A stretch of DNA of 32,000 nt from Candidatus Heimdallarchaeota archaeon B3_Heim (GTDB lineage Archaea > Asgardarchaeota > Heimdallarchaeia > Hodarchaeales > Hodarchaeaceae), in assembly GCA_003144275.1 (NCBI GenBank), contig NJBF01000004.1:30001-62000 (forward strand), given 5' to 3'. Below, piece after piece: positions 10,601-19,100 of this stretch. The position numbers and the translations under genes were made by a program. How positions within the stretch are numbered: the stretch's first letter is position 1; the number at the start of each line of letters is the position of its first letter. The notes beneath the pieces were generated by a model. That model was not told the origin of the DNA. It did no database searches and worked only from the letters and a program-made list of their open reading frames with translations.

Positions 10601-12788
10601 AAAAACTGTCAGTCTGATTATCATACCCAAATGTATATTCAAACGAATTTACAGTAAAGTTCATAATAACCCAATCAGTAGGGGCAATACTCTCAGTTAT
10701 TTTGACCTGGAAGTTATAATATTGCCTCTGTGCATGAATAACTCCCGTATCAGCATTTGTTACTAAGACATCAGTTATTTCTGGTGATTCTTCTTCTTCT
10801 AAATCATGAATAACTGCAGGAGCGTTAGTTACTGTCTCCATTAATGCCCACATGCCTATACGCATACCTGTACCACTTGCAGAGAAAAATAAATGACCAC
10901 TAGAGGGAAGTCCCCATTCAGTGCTTGAAACATCAGGCGTTCCTGGTTCTAAATTCTCAGCTAACCAAGTTTTCCCTTTTAAGATATTTCCTGTTATCTC
11001 ATATCTGTACATATACCATTTTGTTGTACTAAAGCCACCTGGATCATTGTCGAAAGGATAATCTGTCCCATTCCATCTTCGAAGATTCAGATTTGTGGTT
11101 GTATGTTCCAAAAAGATATAGTCATTTCCACTATCAGATCTTAGAGCAATTGCTGATTGAGTCCCTGAATTCGTTGTTTTCCCTAGAACAAGAATCTGAC
11201 TATTGGCAGTTATTGTACCTGTTCGATTTAGATCAACCCAACTACCTGAATTTAATAAGGCAATATCATCATTAGTCCACCATCCAAATTCTGTAGGTTT
11301 ACTTGTATCAGGGGTCGCAATCCATCCAGTGTTTGGATTATATCCACTCAATGATTGGCTACTGAAATCATCATAATCTAAGAATACTTCCGAGGCGTTT
11401 GATGGAGGATTTCCAGGATTTCCTGTTTTTACCCCATAGTATACCGCATAGTTAGAATCGGATCCAGAAGTGGAAATTGCACTTTGCAACCTAAAGTAAA
11501 TTTGTGTTCCTACTGAATTATTATATAAGACCGTACGGTTCAGCTCTATCCATTGTGTTCCAGTATAATAAGCCACACGAAGATCCTTGGCATCAGCACG
11601 CATCTTAGAGGCGGAAACGAGAGTTTCTGTTATTAAATCTAGCTGTACCGTATAATCGGTGCTGAGTGCTGAATCAGCAGTAATGGTTACCTGTTTCATG
11701 TACTTATAACTCGTATTCCACCAGGAGGGAGTACCAGAAATATCCTTAAAGAGATAGTTAATTTTAGGGACAGAATAATCCGATATTACATCGATTGGTG
11801 GGGGAGAATCTCCATCATCAGAAACTGAAGAAAAATCTTCCACTTCCGTGAAAATCAAAGGCTCATCAGGTATCGTAGGGTAAATTACTCGATTCCCAGT
11901 TCCTGAAGAAGCAACTAATTCGAATGCAGCAGAGAGATCCTTTACTTTTCTGAGGGAGTAATAGCCATTCCCATAATCTTTTCGCTCATATACAATATTA
12001 AAAAATGTGAAACGTGTAACAGTACTATCCGTTTCAGGGAGGGATTTAAGAAGCGACTGTACACGACTAATAACTGTTATAGGTACAAATGCTAGCACGA
12101 AGATAAGTACTAGTATAAGAAAACCATTAAATCGACGAGGTAAGAAAAAGGAAATCCCGCATAATAACGAAAAAATCGATCCAATTACTAAATTCGTCTG
12201 AGATGAAATTGGTGGGGCAGATTGCTGGAACTTTATTTGTTCAAATCCAAGACTTTGGATAACAGATGATCCGTTCCACGCAGAAAATGACACCTCGAAA
12301 TATTCAAGATCATTGATTGCAGTACCGTTCAATTGAAATGTAATGGTGGTTCCAAAGTACAATTCTACGGCATTAATCACCTGAACTGAGCCATTCTCAG
12401 CATCAAGGATAGCTAGATCAAAGGGATAGATACTTACGGTAATATTTCTAAGAAATCCCCACAATATCCGAGTAGTATAATCAGGGGAAAAAGTCATTCG
12501 CATCCGTATTGATAAAGAATCAAAGGGGTCATTTGGTGACGGAAAAATCAATCGTAACTTGTAAGCAGGTTGCTCACTAATGATTGAATGAGCACGGAGA
12601 CCAGAGTCTAGAAGGGAACTAGTATTACTGAGTCCCTGAGTGATTTCACCATCATCATTAAACGCAAAATAATTGGTTAAAGGATAAATAGTATTATCAG
12701 GTCGGGCTACTGTCAATGTAGAGGACAGCAGTAGAAATAACAGGGCTAGAAGCCCGTAAGAGAGATGTTTACTCACTTTTCTTTTCAT
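1..12788 (-). CDS. Giant secreted/membrane-anchored multi-Ig-repeat surface protein (>4262 aa, 3' end outside window); DUF2341 + ConA-like domain + tandem Ig-like repeats
   Basis: Manual translation from ATG 12788 (MKRKVSKHLSYGLLALLFLLLSSTLTVA-RPDN..., preceded by SD-like GAGGGT) gives a stop-free frame down to codon 5-3 (...NTTDNVENGT). Frame checked at 11720-11723 (WW) and at the left edge. Its absence from the ORF track fits an ORF with no stop in the window. Recurrent D-x-x-G-N strand ends, D/T/S/G-rich, many N-x-S/T sequons. Confidence 0.93.
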   Translation of the reverse strand, partial: MKRKVSKHLSYGLLALLFLLLSSTLTVARPDNTIYPLTNYFAFNDDGEITQGLSNTSSLLDSGLRAHSIISEQPAYKLRLIFPSPNDPFDSLSIRMRMTFSPDYTTRILWGFLRNITVSIYPFDLAILDAENGSVQVINAVELYFGTTITFQLNGTAINDLEYFEVSFSAWNGSSVIQSLGFEQIKFQQSAPPISSQTNLVIGSIFSLLCGISFFLPRRFNGFLILVLIFVLAFVPITVISRVQSLLKSLPETDSTVTRFTFFNIVYERKDYGNGYYSLRKVKDLSAAFELVASSGTGNRVIYPTIPDEPLIFTEVEDFSSVSDDGDSPPPIDVISDYSVPKINYLFKDISGTPSWWNTSYKYMKQVTITADSALSTDYTVQLDLITETLVSASKMRADAKDLRVAYYTGTQWIELNRTVLYNNSVGTQIYFRLQSAISTSGSDSNYAVYYGVKTGNPGNPPSNASEVFLDYDDFSSQSLSGYNPNTGWIATPDTSKPTEFGWWTNDDIALLNSGSWVDLNRTGTITANSQILVLGKTTNSGTQSAIALRSDSGNDYIFLEHTTTNLNLRRWNGTDYPFDNDPGGFSTTKWYMYRYEITGNILKGKTWLAENLEPGTPDVSSTEWGLPSSGHLFFSASGTGMRIGMWALMETVTNAPAVIHDLEEEESPEITDVLVTNADTGVIHAQRQYYNFQVKITESIAPTDWVIMNFTVNSFEYTFGYDNQTDSFSEITDNGDHFIIDPANPSPTRTGKSLTVNFRILTDWDFPNGVNIQLGAFTNDTSGTNNLGDSGATTYNFNHEIQVSSFTVDDHFINPNYSTDLYFTGNIYYNGTIIPVPDSQIDQVSIYRVESGPQNVTSLVDSVSSFNVSANSEVSISNYTYYPRVDLAGDGLIQSFTNTNTSVAVDRVEITAITISAYAYNGTRYWEDNDASGDAFTITITAEWDYTGNPYTGEVNVGYIGNSEIYGPTSVLIRNDVEENPALGTVQLRDNITVGSAIIGANNEYGTEVSISASLPDIGWDNEAPYITHNPSATNEDSDYLYYDGINAFGYFSDNMGSTLTPFNVTGTANDSSDGVGLKSITHDIPAFGENPDNSGTNNSWLFEFEINSDDSSIGATITITLIVTDLVDNTNSVIFQFMRDNDNPTIGSLDLQLIEDTDDGADGFNPELGYYDDDSVDVIISGTPSDSGSGATQTLKYLYRTDLGSYGTTWLGTSNTLTSVTEGSRTIYVRVRDNCGNNATDLDSVNVVVDTTAPSDIGYSSQLSWMVNFDYLYFIGGSTVYFNGNEDGTEFRIRINENTADPNFWMVYFPEAFGESQVNDSTSDYERIYTVNSTDIGTRIDVLVLDYAGNVRNKSVDVIEDSNAPTLGDLNLEIIADTDTVLNGIDPEIGYYDNDLVSVTVTGSASDGAVNDSGVNPTPYSYKYIGGSYGSWVSGGTTLTVPEGVDQNITIRVRDRVGNFAELDWKLVTVDLTNPSGFASTILETNDFDHLYNASGTLIYFNGAIDNLSFDVSISTGTEINFWRVYFPDVFNDGAENDTAAPYRREVDYEIDSTDSGISIDILIIDKAGRTQTITITVTEDSTAPSLGTLTLDLTADTDSVGNSIEPDTGYYDDNSTEVTVSGVPTDTGSGFPTLSYSYKYDGGVYNAWVSSGYTLTDVPEGSRTIYLQIRDNVGNINDSIASVGVEVDLSDPTGFTSAIYETNNLEYLYNETGELIYFNGANNDLGFDIKVSGGSDTNFWKVRFPSAFGESEEEDSSIPYERIIDYNIDSTDIGITIDVLVIDHAGRTQTITVNVIEDTTPPDQGTLSIDILVDTDDGGDGIDPVTQFDDDQTVDVYVTGVPNDGGSGLPTIRFSYKYDGGIYGSWVSNGTTLNSVPEGNRTIYVRVIDNVGNIAPDLTSQWVVVDLTDPTGFTTSIYETINVQYLHEDGSGTLIYFNGAQSDLNFDIGVFGGTEINFWKVRQPTAFGEFQEELTVSPYRRTTDYEINNTDTDTTIDIIIIDKAGRIQNITISVVEDSILPILGTLNLILTADTNSGANGINPDTGYYDDDSVDVTLSGTPVDSDSGLPSSLYSYKYDGGNYSSWVSGGATVNSVPEGPRTIYVQVRDNVGNNATQLDSIGVIVDLTDPVGYTSILHETNNPEYLFNATGELIYFNGAQNNLEFDIEIIAGTESNFWKVRQPAAFGELQEELTISPYRRTTDYDIDNTDSGTTIDISIIDYAGRSQTITITVIEDSTAPTLGSLNLILTADTDSVANGIDPNTDYYDDNSTDLIVIGSANDGGSGVNSLPYSYKYDGGLYDSWVAGGSTVTGVPEGIQTIYVQVRDNVGNNATNLDSISVTVDLTNPIGYTSTLYEISNGQYLYNDSNTLLYFNGGFDNLEFDVEISTGTELNFWKIRFPAAFGESQEEDISSPYRRVIDYDINSTDSGTSINVLIIDYAGRSQTVTITITEDSTAPSLDSITVDSDTTDSNGDGYFPYSSSISSTEAFYDQSDFTADISFTESGSGIYSVQIKSDSGSYGSSIVSGTNVPCTLTADSNNTIWYRFEDNVGNVNETASNVDIYYGVTAPSGFDIDVIGAAAWAPGAHNYVYIVSASDITSGTLYLNTEIPDTWTINVDADGAANWQDGNIGWFVIFEAGWGLVSNYNDSSAPYQSSNYWTNGTSEGDLWIDIVNRCGIRNRITIFTTADTTNPSMASITVLGDSAYVEDWDKDGIGINITPSAITDSGSGNNGFFVEEGDSTPDSYHSFEYTSPGFTYPGDLGSGPSYTFYVKPIDKVGNNGTVRSGIGYVDETPPASITADFTNEGYSPNWFDQGSTASATYQINFVETNVFSISVSVTGGISATGAGQGQTSPFNSSLSISGKTDGTYAISLTITDKAGHINSSFTGEYQIKLDDTVPSVDFYHLTDYVIETSDFLYWDSVGSILWYGERMVSPQSFLVGINASDEGVNLSSAIASDNLGSNSANTTEGINPTYFVEVGGITSSDTNTSDIIITVFDLLGNYDIVTLTIDRDITGPSGYSLLLIPDTATSWGYTPNTNYYDDTSVDFNVTGTITDGSGSGLPVNHTGFGLDGPVVTWESILIKPYSLSEINHTVSMVARDNVGNNGTTYADWVIVDTNSPEKFDLDWDRASSGYFALINETENKLYIRSDKDDYLNITIFNNGSSTIGSSSFWKIIWDINSLFTPTFNQTISGLNATDGFSYFNSLKGNFVLRLLSNNGNYQEWNITVVEFPEDVTVVITSIVANGPFVYYDGSSSYGYYGNKMGASLINFTISGYANSSAGMISVNDSTSFGNDPTNKSLSGVNDSWSFTYKIDQNDGPSYGTFVVTFIGYNSGLLNGTTTFEFRYDFVSPSIEHNSGFTFESSDYLYYDSSSAFGYYSDNMGGTANPFFVAGSVTDTGSGIASVTDDTNFGENPLDGGGGTIWSFGYNITSADSSYDTFNVTYTATDNVGNTDTVMFEFKEDNANPTIEFSSSSTSESSVFLYYDGSSSYGYYSDNMGGTPDAFIIGGTASDAYVGLDTIDDDTNFGGNPARGGSLEAWTFDYDITATDSSYNNLTITFTAIDLVGNYFSDTFDFIVDNVDPTISTPLIEDISDSLFVYITPAGDYFFFSDNMGGVPVQINISGTSNDFPSGLLTVNFTSHFGDSPNNNTPGTIWSASYFIHGTDSEQTGPETDIVITSTDNVGNQITATVTFLKDNYDPEVSILSLAEDLLPEYLYNASTTLIYYSNVGSGTRAFTVKIDGQETHANLDAGLNVSFFPDIFSTDGGYNTTAGAGDSHQLIWDHQYSFSPTATANGSYTVTISDLVGNNGSTIFEIYRDDSAPIVNITTLTENSWLLHYSGGTLFYSNDQSMNSSFTLNVTVDDGIGQSGRDRATGATAFGDSPIGTIYVSDSYYNLGYYINENENETGNLIVSGYDMVGNSATDNITLTIDNDGPTELSIEAVNGHANSEYLHYTGGNLYFSNTNPALNEQFTIRVFGSDSGSGILNATGEDDLGETNVFDTTYAGFYELNYTVNSGDPVTGDQIAIFFYDNCGNINSTSLPTFLDNNAPVSLVILDIIGDELSDFLYYDSPKEILFYSNDQVMAESFTIRVNATDFGAGLKNATGEDEFEETGIGTSAYSGYFELSYDILQSENASDNLVTITIFDMCGNSDSVDLVTRIDNSGPRDVKISLINDYGSNFIYLYNDTGTLTLYLSNKSTVDHTFTVVVDYNEPANESGYKLMIGGSYLGESYADISNFATYILNTTDNVENGT
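1690..3040 (-). repeat. Four tandem ~116-aa 'YYSDNMGG' Ig-like units (a further copy at ~9365-9720)
   Basis: Motif xLYYDGSSxYGYYSDNMGG...FGxNP...WSFxYxI...TDxVGN recurs with a ~348-357 nt period (CCCATATTATC near 1927, 2275, 2624). Confidence 0.85.
5428..9370 (-). repeat. Six tandem ~654-660 nt (~219 aa) two-domain intragenic repeats
   Basis: Unit boundaries (RDNDNP/EDSxAP) near 9365, 8700, 8040, 7384, 6727, 6073, 5419. Domain A: EDSTAPTLG..ADTD..GYYDD..YSYKYDGGxYxSWV..PEGxRTIYVQVRDNVGN. Domain B: DLTDPxG..ETNNxEYL..LIYFNG..NFWKVRxPxAFGE..PYRR..IIDxAGR. Confidence 0.92.
11430..11730 (-). other. DUF2341-like domain within the giant ORF
   Basis: SWWNTSYKYMKQVTI...DYTVQL...KMRADAKDLRV...IEL...IYFRL...YAVYYG followed by SNASEVFLDYDDFS matches the WWN..Y...ITI / D..DLRF / IYYG / FDDF pattern of DUF2341 as I recall it; not HMM-verified. 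Confidence 0.75.
12070..12192 (-). other. Two-helix transmembrane hairpin (aa ~200-240) of the giant ORF
   Basis: LVIGSIFSLLCGISFFL - PRRFNG - FLILVLIFVLAFVPITVI: two hydrophobic runs with a short basic loop (positive-inside rule). Confidence 0.8.
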
Positions 12789-12962
12789 AGATATTACCCT
12801 CAATCAGATACCAATTCCTCAGTTGGAGGAACGAATGATGATAGGTGATTTCATCAAGATCGTAACGGCATATTGCCTAGTCATGTTTGAAATTTATCTG
12901 GGATTTTGATTTTGGTGATATTCTAGAATTACTGAAAGCAGAACAGCTCTCAATAAACCGAC

Positions 12963-12970
12963 ATTATAAA
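12963..12970 (-). promoter_or_regulatory. Candidate archaeal TATA box (TTTATAAT) for the giant gene
   Basis: TTTATAAT on the minus strand, preceded by an A-rich tract, ~175 nt upstream of ATG 12788; motif match only. Confidence 0.3.
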
Positions 12971-13083
12971 GCACTATTGGGTTTTTTAGTTTTTAACGAT
13001 TACTGTATTTAATTAGAGTTTTTGTCACTCTAAAGAAAGAGAATATCGTCTTACGTGTAAGAAAAATTAGTTCTAGGGAAATT

Positions 13084-13115
13084 GAATTTTTCTGCTGGAT
13101 CAGTAGGAAAAATTC
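13084..13115 (-). terminator. Terminator-like hairpin just after the 3049-aa gene
   Basis: GAATTTTTC (13084-13092) and GAAAAATTC (13107-13115) form a perfect 9-bp inverted repeat with additional inner pairing TGCTG/CAGTA, 9-40 nt downstream of the TAG at 13124. Confidence 0.5.
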
Positions 13116-13123
13116 TCCTTACC

Positions 13124-13198
13124 CTAGTGTCGTCGTCGTAGGAAGACTACCATCCCTATTAGTCCAATTAAAAGGAAGGGAAGTTCAAATCCAGGGGT
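13124..13198 (-). other. PGF-CTERM-type archaeosortase sorting signal
   Basis: T-P-G-F-E, hydrophobic helix, then RRRH and stop: the tripartite architecture of PGF-CTERM. Confidence 0.88.
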
Positions 13199-16100
13199 AT
13201 TAGTAGGAATTACATCTGGAATAGTATCTGGTATATCGATATTGATAGTGACTTTTCGGTTTGCTACAGTGAAATAGTTATCAGATATATCTTCACTGGT
13301 CAAGATTTGACTATCATACACCGTTATCGCTTCAATTTTAATTTCATAGACAAAAGAGGTCACTAAAAAGGTGGTATCCCAGAGGTAGCTGGTATCATTA
13401 AGATTCTGAGCCACAAGTACCCAGGTATCGCTTTGATTGATACTATAGTAGAGATTGAAGGTCGTATTTAATTTCCAGGGATTGTCAAGGGCCCACGAAA
13501 TTGTCCAATAATCGGAGGCAATGACTTCACCACCATTCGGACTAACTAATGTCACTTTGATATCCACAGGCACATCATACACCTCAAACATGGTTAAAGC
13601 AATTCCTACATTATTAGATGCATCAATGACCGTGATATTTAACAGGTGGAATCCAACGTCTAATGGAGGAATTAAACCATTGTATGGATCAATAGCCAAT
13701 ACGCTCCCATTCAGATATACCGTTACTGTATAATTTGCTAATTCTAAGATCTGTGTATTAAGTGCAATAGAATCAGTTTCTGGATATCGAATATCAGATA
13801 CTGGGGAGGATATAAAGATAATCGGTGCTGTTGTATCTCGTACGAAGAGAGTAATTTCCGCGAGTCCCACATTATTTGAGGAATCAGTCACTTTCACCTG
13901 TAACAAATGAGTACCCACAGGGACATTAGAGAGAATGCCACTATTGGAGATTATATTCCCATCCAGAAGAACTTCAACTGTAGCGCTACTTAAATCGGTA
14001 TACTGATAAGTATAGAGGATATTAGCACCAAATTCAAACGTAGTTTCATTTTCAGGGGTATTGATAGTAACCACAGGTTGAATGGTATCTTCTACCACTA
14101 GAATAATCTCATCGAACCCAAGATTGCTAAATTCATCAGTAGCTTCGACTGTAAGAATGTAAATACCGACTTCAAGATTTGCGAGTACTTTTAGATCACT
14201 GATTACAACACCATCTAATTTTACCTCTATAGACATAGGACTAAGATCGGTGGCTGTATACCCGTAGAAGACAAGATCGCCAAATTCAAAGAATGAATTA
14301 TTAGAGGGATCTGTGATTGAAACAACAGGTAATATCGTATCTTGCACAAAGAATGTAATTGTATCTGAACCAAGGTTGTTGTAAATGTCCGTACCTTCAA
14401 TATATAAGACATATGTACCAACGGCTAGCCCAGAAAGCAGACCTGTATCAGGTATTGGCGCACCATTTAATTGAACGATAACTGATGTTGGACTCAGATC
14501 AGATACTGTGAAAGTATAGCTGACATCGGTCCCAAACTCAAAGAAGGTAGAAGTTCCAGGGTTCGTGATTTCGACAACAGGTGCAGTTGTATCCACAAGG
14601 AAGAAGAAAGTCGTTTCTGCTGAACCAACATTCCCAAAGGCATCGGTAACTTCGATGTTGAGAGTATAGGTTCCAACAGCAAGTCCAATTAACAGTCCTG
14701 TATCTGGTATAGGAGCACTATTGAGGCTCACTACTACTGAGGTGCCACTTAAATCGAAAAATGTATATGTATAGCCGACATCAGAACCAAATTCAAAGAT
14801 AGATGCATTCACGGGGGAAGTGATGGTAACTACAGGACTTGTAGTATCCACTACATACAATATAATCTCCATAAGTCCAACATTGCTGTAAATGTCAGTA
14901 GCTTCAACAGACAGAGTATAAGTACCCACTGCAAGTCCAGAAAGCAAACCACTATCAGGAATAACGGCACTGTTGAGTTCTACTACAACTGAGGTGCCAC
15001 TTAAATCGAATACAGAATAAGTATACGAGACATCGGTTCCAAATTCGAATATAGAGGCATTAGTAGGGGATATAATTGTAACCAAAGGATTAGTTGTATC
15101 AACCACGAAGAGTGTGATTTCAGCAACTCCTACATTGTTGGATGTATCAGTGGCTTCAACGTTCAATATGTATGTACCTACTGACAGACCACTAAGAATG
15201 CCACTGTCGGGGATAGGAGCCCCATTAAGGCGTATAATTATCGTTGTACCACTTAGATCATCGACTGTGTAAGTATAGGCGACATCATCTCCGAACTCAA
15301 AGTATGAAGCATTCACTGGATCGACAATAATTACGACAGGTGCAGTTGTATCCACCACGAAGAAAGTTATTTCGTCTGAACCAACATTATTGTGTGCATC
15401 AGTCGCTTCAATATTCAATATGTAAGTACCCACTGCTAAACTTGCCAGCACTCCACTATCGGGAAGAGGAGCACCATTTAGTCTTACGACAACTGTAGTA
15501 CCACTTAAATCAGTTATAGTGTAAGCGTATGAAACATCGGATCCAAACTCGAAAATTGAGGCATTATTTGGAGAGGAGAGGGTAACAACTGGATTAATTG
15601 TATCTTGAATATAGAAGATTATTTCATCAGTTCCAACATTGCCATAAGTATCAGTTGCTTCAATAGTGAGGGTGTAAGTACCAACTGCAAGTCCAATTAA
15701 GAGGCCTGTATCAGGGAGAGGTGCACTATTGAGGCTAACAACTATTGAAATACCACTCAAATCGAAAACAGTGTAGCTATAAGAGACATCATTACCAAAT
15801 TCAAATGTAGTGCCATTTACAGGTGCAGATATAGATACAACGGGAGATGTAGTGTCAACCAAGAAAAAGAAAGTAGTTTCTGCCATGCCTACATTTCCAT
15901 ACGCATCTGTTGCTTCGATGTTGAGAGTATAGGTTCCCACTGCAAGACCACTTAACAAACCTGAATCAGGAATGGGGGCACTATTGAGGCTTACCACGAC
16001 TGTAGTGCCACTCAAATCATTAACAGTATACGTATAGCTGACATCTGAACCAAATTCAAAAATTGAGGCATTTACGGGGGAAGTTATTGTGACCACTGGA

Positions 16101-19100
16101 CTAGTAGTATCAGTTACAAAGAATGTTACCGAGTCAGATCCAACATTACTATATGTATCAGTAGCTTGAATATAAAGGGTATAGGTTCCTACTGATAATC
16201 CAGTTAATAATCCATTATCAGGAATGGGGGCGCCATTAAGCTCCAACTCTGCTGTTGTACCACTTAAGTCACTAATTGTATAAGTAAATGGTACATTTAA
16301 GCCAAATTCGTAAATTGAACTATTTGCTGGGGAAGTAATACTTACTACTGGTGCTGTTGTATCAGCAATAAAGAAAGTGATTTCATCAGAATTAAAGTTG
16401 CTGTACACATCAGTGGCTTCAACTGTCATAACATAAGTCCCTACAACGAGACTGGATAGAATTCCTGTATCTGGAACAGGAGCGCCATTTATTCTGACTA
16501 CAACTGAGGTGCCACTCAAATCCGTTACAGTATAAGTATAGGGAACGCCAGAACCAAATTCAAATGTAGAACTATTACTTGGCGAGTCAATCGTGACAAC
16601 AGGAGCTGTTGTATCCACTACAAAGAGATTAATCTCAGTAAAACCATTATTTCCATAATCGTCAACCGCTTCAACTCGTAAGACATAAGAACCCACTGCA
16701 AGACCTGAGAGCACTCCACTATCAGGGATAGGAGCTCCATTCAACTTAACCCCGATATTTGTGCCACTTAAATCAAATACTGCATAAGTATAGGGTATCT
16801 CTGAGCCAAATTCGAATATAGACGCGTTTGAAGGATCAGTAATCGTCAATGTAGGTGCAGTTGTATCCTGAATGATAATTGTTACTTCATCGCTTCCTGG
16901 ATTGCCGTAAGTATCAATAGCTTCAACTGAAAGAACGTATACACCAACGGGTAACCCTGAAAGGACTCCACTGTCAGGAATAGGGGCGCTATTCAATCTT
17001 ATTGTTACCGTCGTACCACTCAAATCATCCACAGTATAAGTATAAACGATATTTGAGCCAAATTCAACGGTTGAGGGTTCGTTTGGAGATGTAATTACAA
17101 CTACTGGTGATGTTGTATCTTGAATAAAGAACGTTATCTCATCTGATCCAAGATTACTGTATGTATCAGTGGCTTCAACTGTAAGGGTATATGTACCCAC
17201 AGCAAGACTTGAAAGTAAACCACTATCAGGAATAGGCGCTCCATTGAGTTTGACAACGATAGTAGTGCTGCTCAAATCACTTACAGTATAGGTGTAAGAC
17301 ACATCCAAACCAAATTCAAATACTGAACCATTTGCAGGCGTAGTAATTGCTACACTAGGAAAAGTCGTATCAACCATGAAGAAGGTAACTTCATCGTCTC
17401 CCACATTACTATATGTATCCGTAGCTTCTACTGTTAGAACGTATGTACCAACAGCAAGTCCAGATAATAACCCACTATCAGGAATGGGGGCGCCATTGAG
17501 CTTCACTACAACTGTCATTCCGCTCAAATCACTTACAGTATAGGTGTAAGAAACATCAGACCCGAATTCAAAGGTTGAGGCGTTTGCAGGAGAGGTGATT
17601 GTTACAACAGGGGATATTGTATCATCTAAATAAAAGAAAACAGTTTCTGCAACGCCTACATTACCATAAGAATCAGTAGCTTCAACATTAAGAGTATATG
17701 TTCCTACTGAAAGGCCTGTAAGAAGACCAGTATCTGGAATGAGGGCACCATTCAATCTTACTTCAACAGATGTGCCACTTAAATCGAATACCGTATAGGA
17801 ATAGCTAACATCATTCCCAAATTCGAACGTAGTGGCATTAACAGGAGAAGTTATCGTGACAAATGGAATTGTGGTATCCTCGACATAAAATATTATTTCA
17901 TCAGATCCCACATTGGTATAGGTATCGGTAGCCTCGACGTTTAGAATATAGGTACCTACAGCTAAACCAGAAAGCGAGCCACTATCAGGTATGGGAGCGC
18001 CGTTAAGTCTCACCACAATTGTGGTTCCACTCAAATCATCTACAGTATAGGTATAGCCAACATCCGATCCAAATTCAAATACAGTAGCATTAATAGGGGA
18101 CGTAATCACAATAACTGGGTCTGTAGTATCTTGAATGAAGAATATTATCTCATCAAAGCCCACATTACTATAGCTATCTGTTGCTTCAACATTTAGAATA
18201 TAGGTACCGACTGCAAGACTAGAAAGTAATCCTGAGTCGGGAATGGGGGCACCATTGAGTTTTACCACAACACTAGTACTACTTAAATCGTCAACAGTAT
18301 GTGTATAGCTGACATCAGAACCAAATTCGAAAGTAGTTGCATTAATGGGTGAGGAGATCGTGACAACTGGAGAAGTAGTATCAGTTATAAAGAAGACTAT
18401 TTCTTTCGACCCAATGTTGTTAAATAAATCCGTAGCTTCAACAGTTAGGGTATAAGTACCGACTGCTAGGCTAGATAGTAAACCGCTATCAGGAACTGAA
18501 GCACCATTGAGTTTGACAACGATTATAGTGCTGCTCAGATCTGTTACTGTGTAGGTATAACTGACATCATTTCCTAACTCAAATGTAGAACTATTTGATG
18601 GGGTGGTGATTATTACTAATGGCGATGTAGTATCGTGGACAGTGAATATTATCTCGTCAGATCCAACATTACTGTAGGTATCAGTAGCTTCGACATTTAA
18701 TGTATAGGTACCGACTGCTAGGCTAGACAATACTCCACTATCAGGGATCGGAGATCCATTGAGCCGAACCACAATTGTTGTTCCACTTAAATCATCAACT
18801 GTATATGTATAACTTACATCGGTTCCATATTCGTGGAATGAAGCATTTAATGGTAATGATATTGCTACAACTGGTGCAGTGCTATCCTGAACGTAGAACA
18901 CAATTTCCTCGGATCCTATATTACTATAGGAATCAGTAGCTTCAACATTTAGAAAATACGTACCAACAGCGAGTCCTGAAAGAGTACCACTATCTGGTAT
19001 TGGGGCACCATTTAATCTGATAACAACGGTGATCCCACTCAAATCAGTGACAGTATAAGTGTAAGTGAGGTCAGTTCCAAACTCAAATTGTGAAGCATTA

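Noticed and set aside
1739-12201. Short track ORFs (1739-2002, 4308-4496, 4555-4809, 4818-5168, 5051-5236, 8067-8291, 9013-9207, 9313-9540, 10208-10450, 11093-11275, 12007-12201)
   Set aside because: All lie inside the giant minus-strand ORF, antisense or in another frame, and show no recognisable motifs; shadow ORFs.
1-12788. Pseudogene or gene-poor region, as the ORF track suggests
   Set aside because: The frame is continuous; the track omits it only because no stop codon falls in the window.
12822-12887. 21-codon minus-strand uORF (MTRQYAVTILMKSPIIIRSSN) ahead of the giant gene
   Set aside because: Very short, with no clear ribosome-binding site or informative composition.
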